A DNA stretch of 50,154 nucleotides, the filler included, from Trypethelium eluteriae (lineage: Eukaryota): NCBI GenBank assembly GCA_051942245.1. It is 2 parts of 2 records of this genome, joined end to end, with 100 filler letters (N's around TTAATTAATTAA, not from the genome) between each part and the next. Parts side by side here need not be neighbours in the genome. Positions count along the whole stretch, not along the records: positions 25,152 to 50,154 come from JAVECL010000385.1; 1 more part is not named here. One strand, written 5' to 3'. Under the pieces are notes generated by a model that saw only the letters and a list, made by a program, of their open reading frames with translations, did no database searches and had not been told where the DNA came from. A program made the translations under genes and the position numbers. Below are positions 37,823-50,152 of the stretch, in pieces (position 1 is the first letter of the stretch; every line of letters begins with the position of its first letter).

Positions 37823-40800
37823 ATGGATCTCGATGAAGATGATCGCAAATGTCTCATTGACCATGTATTTCTACCGCCATGCCTGCCCCACGAGCCAGAA
37901 CCGGGTCTGCCTTGGAAGGAAGAGAACCTGCTCCACATCGTCAAGTCCCGTCTCGACGACTTTTTGAGGCACGGCCCGCCTGGGAATTTGGCTGTGTGGC
38001 ATTCTGTCATGCGCATGCTGGATGCCTGGTCTAATATCCAGGAAGATGCAGGTCTTAATGCAGATAGACTCAACGAGTCGCTGTTGTCTTTACGACTTGG
38101 AGGTCAGTAGCAAACTACCAACCGTCACAAACCATCTTTGCGACGCTCGTTATGTTCTTCGTCGCCTTGCTGATATTATATATCTAGATTCCCTTTCCTG
38201 TTATCTTCGTGCGCAAAATGCCGGCATTCAGATTTATCGTGAATCCGAGACATCAGTTCTATTCGAAATTTTTGAAGCTTCACCTAGTTGCATGCAGGTG
38301 CTAAGTGCCCAGGGGAGGCTGCTCAGAGATTTTCCTGGCTCATCCGTGGCACTAAAATGGGATCTCATTGCAGACGATAGCAACCGACGCGATCTTTGTC
38401 ATTTAATCCATCGGCTGCATGTTGAGGAGGTCTCCAATGCAGTCAAAAGAGACCTAGAGATTCCGCAATTGGACCATGACTCCATCAACCCTTTCCTCGT
38501 CACGGAATTCTTGACGCCTCTTTTAGACGTTCTAGGAGAGCCGAGATATGAAAGACCCCTTGTGAAAAGGATTCGGGACGATGCTTTGTCCTTTCACAAA
38601 CGTAGACCCTGGCGAAGATCTGCTTTCTGGCTTGTATTTCGCGTTGCTCTACAGCGAATACTTCAGCGCGCAATGCCGGCCGGAACAGATAGACCGTTAT
38701 ACAAGATCTTTATGCTGCACGTGGTATGTGGGTTGGCTGGGATCGTTTTGCAGCCGTTGGATGATTTCAGTCACGTACATGTTGTTGCTGCTAAGCTGGC
38801 TCGTCGGCGATCAAAGTTGACAGCAGATGTACCAGATTTCGTCATTCGGCAATGCAACCTCGTCATTGACAAAAGCCGCACGGAATTAGAAGAGCTCTGG
38901 TCCGGCTTCCAAAAGGCAACATACAAACCTGTGCCTGATCTTCGAGAGATAGCCATCAGTCCAAAGGATGCGCAGCTAAAACTTACAAATAGCCGGCGTT
39001 TAGTTGATGAAATACTGAGAAAAAAGGTAAAATTTTCAAAATCGACAACGCTGGACGCTGAAGCTTTGAAAGATATCATTAGATTGAAAGAAGGCATATT
39101 CCCATCCCTGGAGCAGAAAAGGTGCTGCAATGAGCCATGGCTTGTCCTTGCTGATTTTGAAGAGTGGGTAAGAGACCATCTACAGGACTGGACGCATCAA
39201 GAGCCGGGCGAAAAAGATTGCCGGCAGCTACGAAAAACAATGTCCCTCTATTCGTCCATAAGCGCATGTGCCTACCAAGATTGCCCTAAAGCCATGTCGT
39301 TAGCACGTCTGATACTTCTGGAGCTGTGGGTAGCGCTCGACACCATATGCCTAAGACTACTGCCACTGATGCGCGAATTTTCTCCTGAGATTCCGGTCCA
39401 TATACTCGAACCTCTTCTTCTGCCAAAGTCGGAGCAATTGTGCCGTTTGCGCGCTGTCGAAGAGTATGTGAGAAAGCGAATAAATGATGCCAACAAAAGC
39501 AATCCAGGAATCTTTGCAGATCCGCGCCCTGCCTCCTTTGCTGTCCAGTACTTCGACTCTCGTGACGGCACTTACCTAAGGCGTTTGAGAAAGAGGATCT
39601 TAGATGAGAGTAATATGCAAAAGACAAACAAGCGGGAAGAATGGGAACAGAGGTTAAGAAGCTATACGGAAAAAAGGGAAGCCGCGCAAAAGTTGTCTTG
39701 TGAATGTGCCTCCTGCAGTCCTATTCACGATCAAAAATGCGCAAAATGCGCCCTTTACAAGCAAGCTAAAGCATTACACATTCGTCCTGCGATATCACTC
39801 CTTCCGGCAGGCGATGTTAAGCAAAAGTCAATCGTATTTGAACTGAAGCCTCCGTGGGCTTTCGCTTCTTGGAGAGATGCCACTTGGTCAGTATTGCATG
39901 ACCATGCTCACCAAGAGTCTACCGAAGCATCTCAACAGGAAATTCTTAGGCTCAGTTACCACAAGCACGAGCCACTCGCCAAGTTTGAGCCACCAGTAGC
40001 CCTCAATCGCAGGATTGAGCTGGGCAGTGCAACAATTGGTGAATGTAACAAGAAGACATTTCCAGTGGATTTTGATCAGATTTATCTCGTCAATGACCAG
40101 GCACCAAGGCTTTGGGATAGCAAATCTAAGTCGTGGACAACTCAGGAGGCGCTGGAGACTTCTACCAGAGATCACTGTACTTTCAAGATACAGGCTATAC
40201 CATACCGGAATCTGGACTGGACCGTGAAGACTAGTAGTCATCAAATTCATGATGTATTGGCGCGCCAGAAGGCGTGTGATCCAAGTATCAATCCTGCCGA
40301 GTACGAGGCTTTCGCATCGCTACGGGCTGGTGAAAGGTTGCAGGTGCTCAACATTTCGCGACAACTGGCCAGCAACACGTTAAATTTTGAGGCCGAAGCA
40401 ACAGCATCACTTATCTTCCAGAGCTTATGGGAATCTGGAAGCCCAGGCTCACCGGATAAAGGGCATCGAAGAGAAGCACATTTCGAGTTTTCACAGCCAT
40501 CATTCTGCTTGACATTTCTTGCATCAACAAGGCAGGTCCTCGACAGCATCAAAGGTAGTTGGAAACGGCAGCACAGCATGTCGATTGTTATTGCATGCTT
40601 GTTACGTTGCTTGTCTTTAGGCTCAGGCCAGGATATCCAGAAGCGTGCTTTAGCTCAAATACTGGAAGCTCGCGATATCGCCTTTGGTTGGTGCAGGCGT
40701 CTCAAAGGCTGCCTTGACACAGGCTTGCAGCATGACGATTCCGTTGATGTCGAGATTTCTCTGCTGAGGTGCGCGCTGCTGTGTTGTACCACCTATGACG

Positions 40801-43800
40801 TTGAAGAACGACATATCGGCGACGTCCTTGCTGGGAGTGAACATGCTTCTATGTTTTTCCAGGCCTCCATACTTGTCCATATGAGTACTCCGGCTGAGAA
40901 AGACGTACTTCCCTACGACATACGGTACCTTCTTACCGATAGATGCAAGATTGCTCACGCGCTGGAAGCCCGTCTTTAGGAGTTGATTATTGCTTCGGCG
41001 ACTGGTCTTGACGCCGCTATCCAACCATTTGTGTGTGATGTTGGATTGCACGACCCATGGAAGCTAAAGGGCAGTACGAGCATGAAAGGGAGAAAGGGAC
41101 GTTGGGCTTGCGCAGAAGTAAAGCGTGCCGAGACAGCGAAGTTACAAACGATCCAATACGATATCTTACAAGGAAGACTTTCTATTGACGGAAGAGCAAC
41201 TGGAACTCTGCCAGATCGCATCAGGACCCAACTAGTATTTCGTAGACTTTTTCCACGGGTGAGTTGGGCTCCTCTTGCTTATTTCGCGCTTCTCAATTCT
41301 TCTCTTGGGGATTTGTAGTCAACGTAGAGGAACGTCGCTAACTGAAAAGGGGATCTTGCACGTTATGTCCTCGGATCTGGAAGGAATGCGCTACTGCGTT
41401 ACGAAGTCGTTCTTTGACAACAGGGTGAGTATAATCTCTCATTGTTCGACGATAGCTAATTTTGAAGGTTCATATCGGCATTGATCAGGATGGCAGGACC
41501 GTCATAAGAGTGCAGTGCCGAGGCAATATTTACGAGATTCTTCATCACGAAATCTTCCTGCATGATATTCCTAATCATTTTGTGAAAGATCACTTGCACT
41601 GGCTGGATCTGCAGACTGGTGAGGTTGAACTCAGACCCCTGAGTAATCCTTGGCATTCTTCCGCGAGCAACTGGCAAATCTCATCCCACAACAAAGCCTC
41701 AACGATGGTTCATTGCAAAGAGGCGAGGCTCTTGGACTACGATAGCGAAATTAATAGGGAAGTTGCTAAGATCTTCAGCGTTTTGGAGCCCAGAGACAAT
41801 ATACAGATTGCTCTAATCGAGAATCTCCGGGTTGAGGTATTTCTTCCTCGATTTCATCTCCGATTCGTTCTCAATGAAGGTGGCCATCTAGCATCCAAGC
41901 AATTGAATCTTGAAGTGGATCCCGATCAATCGATTGGAACACTAATTGGGCTCGAAAACAAACTTATCTTACGAGGAACTAATAGTAAGCTGGATAAGAC
42001 GCGGCGGCAAGTTCTAATCTCTTTCGGTGAAACGGAAAGCCATCGTCAGAAAGTGGGACACAGAGTCCGCATAAAGATTCCAGAGGAACAATCATGCGAA
42101 TACTTTTGCTACAAAATTAACCAATACTTACAAAAGGTGGAGGGGCCATTGGATGCCAGGAGCGAGTTATACATGATCTTGCTACATGCACAGACAAGCT
42201 CTGACCTGAACGATCCCTTGACTGAGAGGAGTGGAACTGAAGAAGCATTGTCTCGTCTCAGAGCAGCGTCATTGTTTAGCTGCATTAGCTGCAGGCCCGA
42301 AGATCCTGAGTGCGCGAGTATGTTAGCGCAAATTGCGAGCTTGACGCCGCATCATGAAGGGTATCCAGTAGCCGAATTTAGAGGGCATACGGTCACTTGG
42401 AGGAAAGACTTGTCTCCGCTTGCACAGCACGAAGGCTTTCACAAAGGTGTCGCTCAAATCCGTGAGCACGCTCAACGGTTTTCCCAATTCTTTCCGGCGG
42501 AGAAGGTTATCCAGTTCTCAATTGACCGCGGCGATCTTGGGTTGCTAGCGAGGGCGGCAAAACGAAATGCGGGATACCGTCGCGCAGAATTTGGTGGCCT
42601 TGAGCTGTCTTCAGCAGACGACAAACCCTATAGGGCCAGGGATCGAGTGGTTGTGACCGAGCGCAGCGTTTTGGTCACCGGGATTGCCAGCCTCGTGAAA
42701 AAAAGACCGCCGAAATTCCCAGTCATCACTGACCTCAAGCAGCTATTCGATTCATGGCACAGAGTATCGGGCTTCAACAAGCCTTTTGGACAATCTATTT
42801 TCAATGAAATGCTCTCTCTTCAATTTCCTGACCACTGGGGAGCCTTGTATGATGTTTATCGTCGTAAAGAAGGACCATCGCTCCAATTACTGCTTGATGT
42901 CGGCAAAGCTGGGAAGTTTCAGGAAGGATTGTTCACACGCTCCTGGCCTTCCATTTCTGTGACTCATTTACCCACCTGGATCCGCCACAAGGCAATGGCC
43001 TTGACTTTTACGAGTTCGAGGATGGATGGAAACCAGAGGTTGAGAAAATAAACCCACACATAGACGCAGCTCGTGTCTATCCACCAATGAAACCAGATGA
43101 GAAAATCAGTCGCAATAAGCAGAAGACGAAGAAATGGGAGAAAGAGAATGCACAAGCGATTAGAGACGAGGCTAACGCTTACAACAAGGAAAGGGCAAAG
43201 CTCGTGCAGGAAATCTTAGCACAATGGCCCTCAAAAGGACTCACCGTTCCAAGCTCCGTCCGCGTACCCCTCATCAGGAAGGACGAAGCTGTCAAGAATT
43301 GTGATAACCTTTGGCAGAAGTGGGATAAGAATGAACAACTTAGTCTGCATCTCAATGAGGCTCAAAAGAAGCTAGAAGCGGTCAATGGCCCGTACACACC
43401 ACAGATCAGTGAGAAAAGAGGAATTGATCATCAACAGTCGGAGAGTCTCGCAGCTTGCACTCCAGTGTACACTGTTCCTGACCTTGACGACTTTCTAGGA
43501 ATGATTGATGCAAGATCTGTGCCCATCAACGATCCAGACCCACCAGCCGCGAACTTCCCTTGTCGAGTCAATCGATCGCGAAAAGATTACTCTGAGCTGA
43601 AGGAAATTCTCAATCTTTTCCACGTAGATCCAGGTCTGACCCGCTCGAACTACGGAGCAACGCACTTGGAGAGCTTAAGGGCTCTCAAGCTCCAGGACAA
43701 TACCCGGACCTTGCCGCCAGACCATAGAGAGCACAATGTGACCTACTACCAGATGCGTCAAGAATTCAAGCGATCCGAGATTCTTGATCTGCTACAAAAC

Positions 43801-46800
43801 TTCCGCCAAGCGCTAGATAGAGTAGATGTCGTTTGCGCGCAGTGGAAAATCCTCCAACAAGCGAACCTTTCTCCGTGTACCAGTATACCTTCTTTTCTGA
43901 AACGAATTGCAGCAGGCAATGATGCTGACATCGGCGAGGGATGGAAAGAAAATCTTCTAGCCCTAGCTGAAGCGATTGCTGACATGCAACGTTGGCAGCG
44001 CTCGGAGCATCTCTACGAAGCAGGCGATCTCAAGAAATGGCAACTTGAGATTCAGAATTTCGGTCGCTCGAATTGGAACACGGACGAGCACCCAGATTGG
44101 ATCCTTTTTGAAATTGAGAATGATCTTACCATTAGGGATTCGCAGACGAAGATGGCCTTCGACGTGGGGTATCCGGCTTCTGGATCAAATTCAGTTTTTC
44201 AGCTAAGTATGGGAGGAGGTAAAACTTCAGTCATTGTCGTTTTACTTGCCGTTGCTTTAGCTGCAAAAGATCGATTGGTGAGGATTGTGGTGTTGAAGCC
44301 TCTCCTCACTCAGACGCTACAGCACCTGCAAAAATGCCTTGGGGGCCTGATGAACAGAAAGGTCTATTACATGCCCTTCTCGCGCAGCACTCTGACCAGC
44401 ATGGAGACAGCAGTTTGTTTACACCCACTGTACGAGGAGGCAATGGCAACTGGGGGCATTGTCGTTACCCTTCCTAAGGAAATCTCGACACTCAAACTTA
44501 TGGGTCAGGAAAGGCTGTCTTCAGATATAACTTGCGCTACACAGCTGCTAAAGACCGAGCATTGGCTGCAACTTCACTCTCGAAGCATCCTGGATGAAAG
44601 CGATGAGATTCTCTCTCCAAAACATCAAGTCAACTTCACTATTGGTTCCCAGCAAGTTATCGATGGTGCCCCGTACCGATGGAAAATTGCTCCAGCGGTT
44701 TTACGTCGAGTCAAGATACATGCTCAGGAGCTCCACTGCAACTTTCCGGATCTTGTCGAAGTTCAATGGTCTGAGAGAGCATTTCCTACAATTCATTTCT
44801 CCGAGAGACAGCCCTCCGAGGCGCTACTAGACCGCTTAGTAGACGACGCGATCACGGGAAAAATCGAATATGTCCACCTTGATGGTCGCGCCGGTGACGC
44901 CCTCGAGCAAATAGCCCAGTTCATGCGACACAAGTCATGTGAAGATGGAGAAAGAATTGCTCAATTATGCGCGGATACTCGGCTGTACCAATGCGTCAAG
45001 ATTATTCGAGGTCTTGTCGCCTTTGGCAATCTCATTCACGCTCTCCAGAAGCGGCATACGGTCGAGTATGGTCGATCTTCAGGGCGGTCTCTGAAAGCGG
45101 TCCCCTTTAGAGCTAAAGGTGTTCCTGCTGAGAGATCGGAATTTGCTCATCCTGATCTTACGATTTTACTTACTTGCCTCGCCCACTTGAAGGGTGGATT
45201 GCATGAAGAAGATATACATGAATGCATCCAAACGTTGGAGAAGGAGCCAGGGGCATCTCTGGAATATATCAAGTGGACCGAAGACTCAAAAGAGCTCCAG
45301 AAATCATATCCTTACTTGAGTTGCATCAACATTGCCGACGATGACTGCCGGCAACTTTTGTTCCACGGCATCAAGAACAATTACGCTAGTATAGACTTCT
45401 TCCTGGACAGAATTGTCTTCCCGAAAATATGCCAGTATTATACTAAGAAGCTTTGCGCCTCAAGCTGGGACATCCCGAGCCGCGTCAAAAATCCCAGATG
45501 CGTTACCACTGGATTCTCAGGCACGAATGATAATCGATACACTCTTCCATACAACATAGAACAACGCGATCTCGATATAATCAAACCTACTAACGCAGTA
45601 ATCCTGTCCGAGCTGTTGTCACCAGAGAATAGAGAGTACCGCCAGATGGTCGACGGAACCGGGAAAAAGATGAACGCATCAGAGCTGCTTCGGCACTTGA
45701 CGGACCACATCCAGAATTTTAAGGTTCTCGTTGACGTGGGTGCGCAGATCCTGGACCTGTCCAACCTCGAAGTGGCCCGTGAAATGCTTCATTCCTCCCG
45801 AGATGCTGAAGCTGCTATTTTCTTCAACGATAGAGACGAGCCCACTGTCGTTGATGGAAGAGGATACTTGACACCACTGCGTCTTTCCTCGTTCAAGGAC
45901 TCCTTGGCTAACTGTCTGGTTTATTTCGATGAGGCACATACTCGGTGGATCGATCTTGCTATACCTGATGGTGCGCGAGCAGCGGTGACTCTCGGACCTA
46001 GACTAGAGAAGGATCGGTTGGTACAAGGTATGGCAATGTCTAATCTGCATTCATATGGGATCTGACTAATCTTTCAGGCTGCAAAAGAATGAGACGTCTG
46101 GGCTCAGGCCATTCCGTTGTGTTTTTCGCTCCTCCGGAGGTTCATCGTGAGGTGTTCAGAACATCTAAGAAACTCCCAACTCAGCAGCTCGACTCCAGGG
46201 ATGTCCTGTTGTGGTCTATGACGAACACTTGCGCCTATCTGGAGAGAGCACAGCATTTGTGTCTCATGCAAGGCCTCCGCCACGTAGAAAAGCAGGCAAT
46301 CTGTGACGAGTTCCAAAACACATCCCACAATGGCATTTCTGGGGCCCTGAATCTACCAATAGACGCAGAGACCGCGGCCAAACTCTCGAAGCAGCTGGAA
46401 GAGGACGAGATCATTGATCTTGAACAATTATACGGGGTTCATCAAGATAGAACATCAGCTTTGATAGCATCGATTGACGGTAACTCGGCCGATAGCATAA
46501 CAGAGAGGCTACGCGCAGACTATGGCAGACTACATACCAATGACCTGGTTGAAGATGCTCTGGAAGAGGAACAAGAGCGGCAGGTGCTTCAAGAAGTCGA
46601 GGAAGAAGTTCGCGTTGAAGATCCTGTGTACTATGAACCGCAACAATCCTACATAAGCAGCGGTCTAACTGAGTTTATCCACACGGGCACTATCTCTGAG
46701 CTTCCTGGAACAGTACCGGTTTCAGAAGCATTGACCCGTACATCTGCTGCTGGATATCAATCAGCGATTAAGCATGGATTCGAAGGCCTGTACGTCACAT

Positions 46801-47807
46801 ACGACTATCTGCATAATGTGCGACTGCCAGAGAGAATGCCTCTGGATGATTTCATGCCAGTTGTTAACTGGATGCTCATCAATGACAAAACACCGCAGGA
46901 TGTTCTCATCATCAGTCCGCATGAGGCTAACGAGGAACTGGAGGAGATACGAAAGTCCCCATACGTGAGATTGTGCATATATGCACCGAAGACGACTACA
47001 TCGATGACTTCATTTTCAGAACTCAACTTTTACAGCCCCACAAAGCAACGATTCCCTGTCAAAGCAAAACCATCCACTTCTCTCAAAGTCGATACCTTCG
47101 CAGGTGCCCTGTGGTTTGACGACTACCGAAGCTGCACTGCAGCGTGCCACTACCTGGGACTGATTTTAGCTGAAGATTGCGAGAGTCTAGATGAGACGAA
47201 GCGCACACTTGTTAGTCCAGGATGCTTTGTGGAACCTAAAGTCAGGTCTTTACTGGGATGGCCATGTGAGTGTCCTTTCACAGAGGACCCATTGCCCTTT
47301 GTTGGGCGCATGATAGCAATGCGTCATAAGAAGCAGGATGTCTCATCGACGCATATGGGGATGCTCGTTGGAGGCAAGAGATTAAGCCGGGAATTGATCG
47401 AGGGGAATAAGAAAGCAATCCAGAAAAACCACGCCTCACTCCTTCCCGGTCGCCGCTATGCATCGGAAGCTTACAGGAATGGCGAAGATATCGAGAATGG
47501 TCCGCCAAGCAAGCGGGTCTGTTTCAGCGCACCAGCTAACGTAGGAAGCGACTTGCGTAATTTGGCAAGCTCCTTAGACACCGGGACGGTCGATGATCTT
47601 GACGGAAATTCGCTGTTTCTCTCGGCAGCCCAGGGAGAACGACTGAATCAAGGGAACACAGATCTCCACGAGGCTTCGGAGGCAGTGCAGGCATGCAAAT
47701 CTGAGGGGGATTTGGAAATGAAGGATTGGAAAGAAGTGGAGACTGCGGATGTGATCATGCGGGATGTAGAAAACCGACATGAAGTGGAGCCAAGCAGTGA
47801 ATCTTAG
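37823..47807 (+). pseudogene. Giant (~3,200 codon) DUF6606/DUF3638/DUF3645-type P-loop helicase-like gene, apparently disrupted (in-frame TAG at 40977-40979; frame change near 42900)
   Basis: N-terminal IDHVFLPPCLP, RAQNAG, FEASP, KRIRDD and PWRRSAFWLVFRVALQ. Core motifs QLSMGGGKTS (Walker A, 44209), ILDESDE (Walker B, 44593), AVPFRAKGVPAERSEFAHPD, GFSGTND, VDVGAQIL and QGCKRMRRLG. Clear introns at 38103-38187, 41259-41349, 41425-41467 and 46028-46077. Family identity is well supported; pseudogene status is less certain. Confidence 0.75.
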
Positions 47808-48949
47808 GCCTTGCGGATGGAAAAGAAAAAACCTGATACAAGTTAGATCGACTCTTTGAAACATGGGGGGGTTATCTGGACCCAGCTCGCTTTGGGAGTG
47901 TGTGAGGTAACCTCAGACCACACTACTTTCCCCATTGGACATTTTGCTCACCTTGGCTTTATTGAACAATTTGTATTCTTGAATTAAGATTCAGCGGAAT
48001 CCTTTAGGCGCCTTTCTTAGCTTACGTATTGGTCTCAATCTAAAGGTGTCTAGCCGTCTGCTCTATACATTTGGAGAACGAGCTTTCCTTGCACTGTCAT
48101 CCAGTTGTTTAGTTCGTCAACACCTTCCTCTGTTCAAAATAAAGGTATGTGAGATTTATGTATTAGCGAGACTGATGTTCAACTCTTCGTCGATATGAGT
48201 AATGCTTCGGGGTTCCTTTTCTATGGAAAAGATGTCTTGATACTCAGGCTACTCAGTCTCAAGGTGTGCAAAAGTTTCGACCATTCCCACGAGTAGGAGT
48301 ACAACCTCAAAGTCGACAGCAAGAGAATCATGATTCACCAATCCGATTTACTTTATAATTTCAACAGTTTAATGGGTAGATGCATTACTTTGGCTGGAGA
48401 ACATCACAGAATTTGCTACAAGAAGATCATTGGATTGTTGGTGAGCGCGATTCTTCGCACTCACAAGATCAATACAAGGTGGCAGTCCATTCTCTTTAAT
48501 CGTATTCAATATGTCCATGTACCCCACCAATACATACTTGTGAACAGTGGGCTCAAGCGTAAGCTCATAGTGGCATGGCTAGCTACTAACTGTACCATCC
48601 AACCGCAAAGCCGGAATATCATCTGCTAAAACCTCATTTTAGGAATTATTCTGATTGTCAGTTTTGGATCGCTATAGTGACAAACATTCACTTGACGCAG
48701 GCACAATTTGCTTCCTCTTTCTGGCGTTTACTTTCCCGTTCGACGCACTGCTTGAACATGTCTTGGCCTTCTGAATATAGAAGATTAATCCTACTACAGA
48801 CTTCGTTGCACTCCACTATAGTACGTCATGTAACTTTTCTTCCATAGTCTCACTCGAGACAACTATACTCCGTCTGGGACTGACCATCAACCAGATGGGA
48901 GTTACTCACTCTCAAATGCATGTATCTTTCATCTCTCTTAGCTGCAAAT

Positions 48950-49555
48950 TCAAAAAAGCTTCTTCGAACCGCCCGACCTGTTTGTAGTGGGCTCCGGTAG
49001 AATGCTCGTCTCACTTGAGTAACCGGGTCTCTGGAGGCCAAGAGCCACTTCATCGCGCAAGTGCGGCGGGACCAACTGGTAGATGACCGTTTCAAAATGA
49101 GAACAGAACGCTACCGAAGTAAGCTTTATGTATCGAACTACCTTTCGAGTGCAATCAGAAGATGTCTCGTGGAATGCTGCAGCAAGGAGTACCGAGTCCG
49201 CTCTGCGGACTTTTTCGGCGGTGTAAGGGAGTTGCTGACATGTCTCTGCCGCGTAGAAGATAATAGGACTTGGAAGTCCTCGCGGGACAAGGGTTGCAAA
49301 GTGATAGCCCAGCTGGCAGAGCTGCTCAGCGATGTACAAGGCGGAGACGAGGTGAATAGCGAAAGCCCACTGTGCTAGAGTGTAGTGACTAGAGATTGCG
49401 TCGACGACGTAGGGAGCAACGTTCTCCATGAAATCATAGGGAGTGGACGGGATAGGTCTACCTGACTCATAGATTTGCTTGGAAACCCGCTCGCAGTGGT
49501 GACTCGTGAAGAGCGAGACAAGAAAAACGAAGAATCCAATGTGGATCAGCGCCAT
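48950..49555 (-). CDS. Possible hypothetical protein with hydrophobic N-terminus (~200 aa)
   Basis: ATG at 49555 within an 800-nt open frame; MALIHIGFFVFLVSLF resembles a signal or TM segment. No family recognised. Confidence 0.3.
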   Translation of the reverse strand: MALIHIGFFVFLVSLFTSHHCERVSKQIYESGRPIPSTPYDFMENVAPYVVDAISSHYTLAQWAFAIHLVSALYIAEQLCQLGYHFATLVPRGLPSPIIFYAAETCQQLPYTAEKVRRADSVLLAAAFHETSSDCTRKVVRYIKLTSVAFCSHFETVIYQLVPPHLRDEVALGLQRPGYSSETSILPEPTTNRSGGSKKLF

Positions 49556-50104
49556 GATTACCTGAGAGAATTGGAACGTTTGAACACCTCCCAGGATCGG
49601 CTCTCTTATTTGGGATTTGCGCTCTTGACATACTGCTGTGACTCGAGATGCTGGGGATCGTACACCGTGAAGCCTCGAGATCGATAGCTTTGCGATGAGC
49701 TGAGCCGTCAGTATGCTCTTGAGAGGTGTAAAGTATTGAAACAAAAGGCACAAAGACCAGCAAACGAGTTGTCACCTTCCCACTGCGCAGTCTTTGTTCT
49801 TCTTGGCCATGATTGCGAGGCAACAAAGCCGAGGTAGCAACTCAGCTGTCGCCTGGAGTTTCAAAGGATATCTTGGGACAGAGGATGCTCATTGCGGAAT
49901 GCCGCTTACGAAGATATGCTCACTTCGTTTGATTCATCATTTTCCTTTCGATAGCGCTTCTCGCCGTCTGAATGGCATGTGCCAAATAAGTTAACCCCTA
50001 TGCACCTCTTCTACCATTTTTCTTGAGCACTACAGCTGCGATACCGCCTTCAATAGAGCTTGCAGGACTAACTCCGTGTATGGAGGTAACTGTCCAGTCC
50101 TTCT

Positions 50105-50108
<4 letters not shown>

Positions 50109-50151
<43 letters not shown>
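50109..50151. repeat. Poly(T) homopolymer at the end of the window
   Basis: About 43 consecutive T, followed only by gta. Confidence 0.9.
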
Positions 50152-50152
<1 letters not shown>

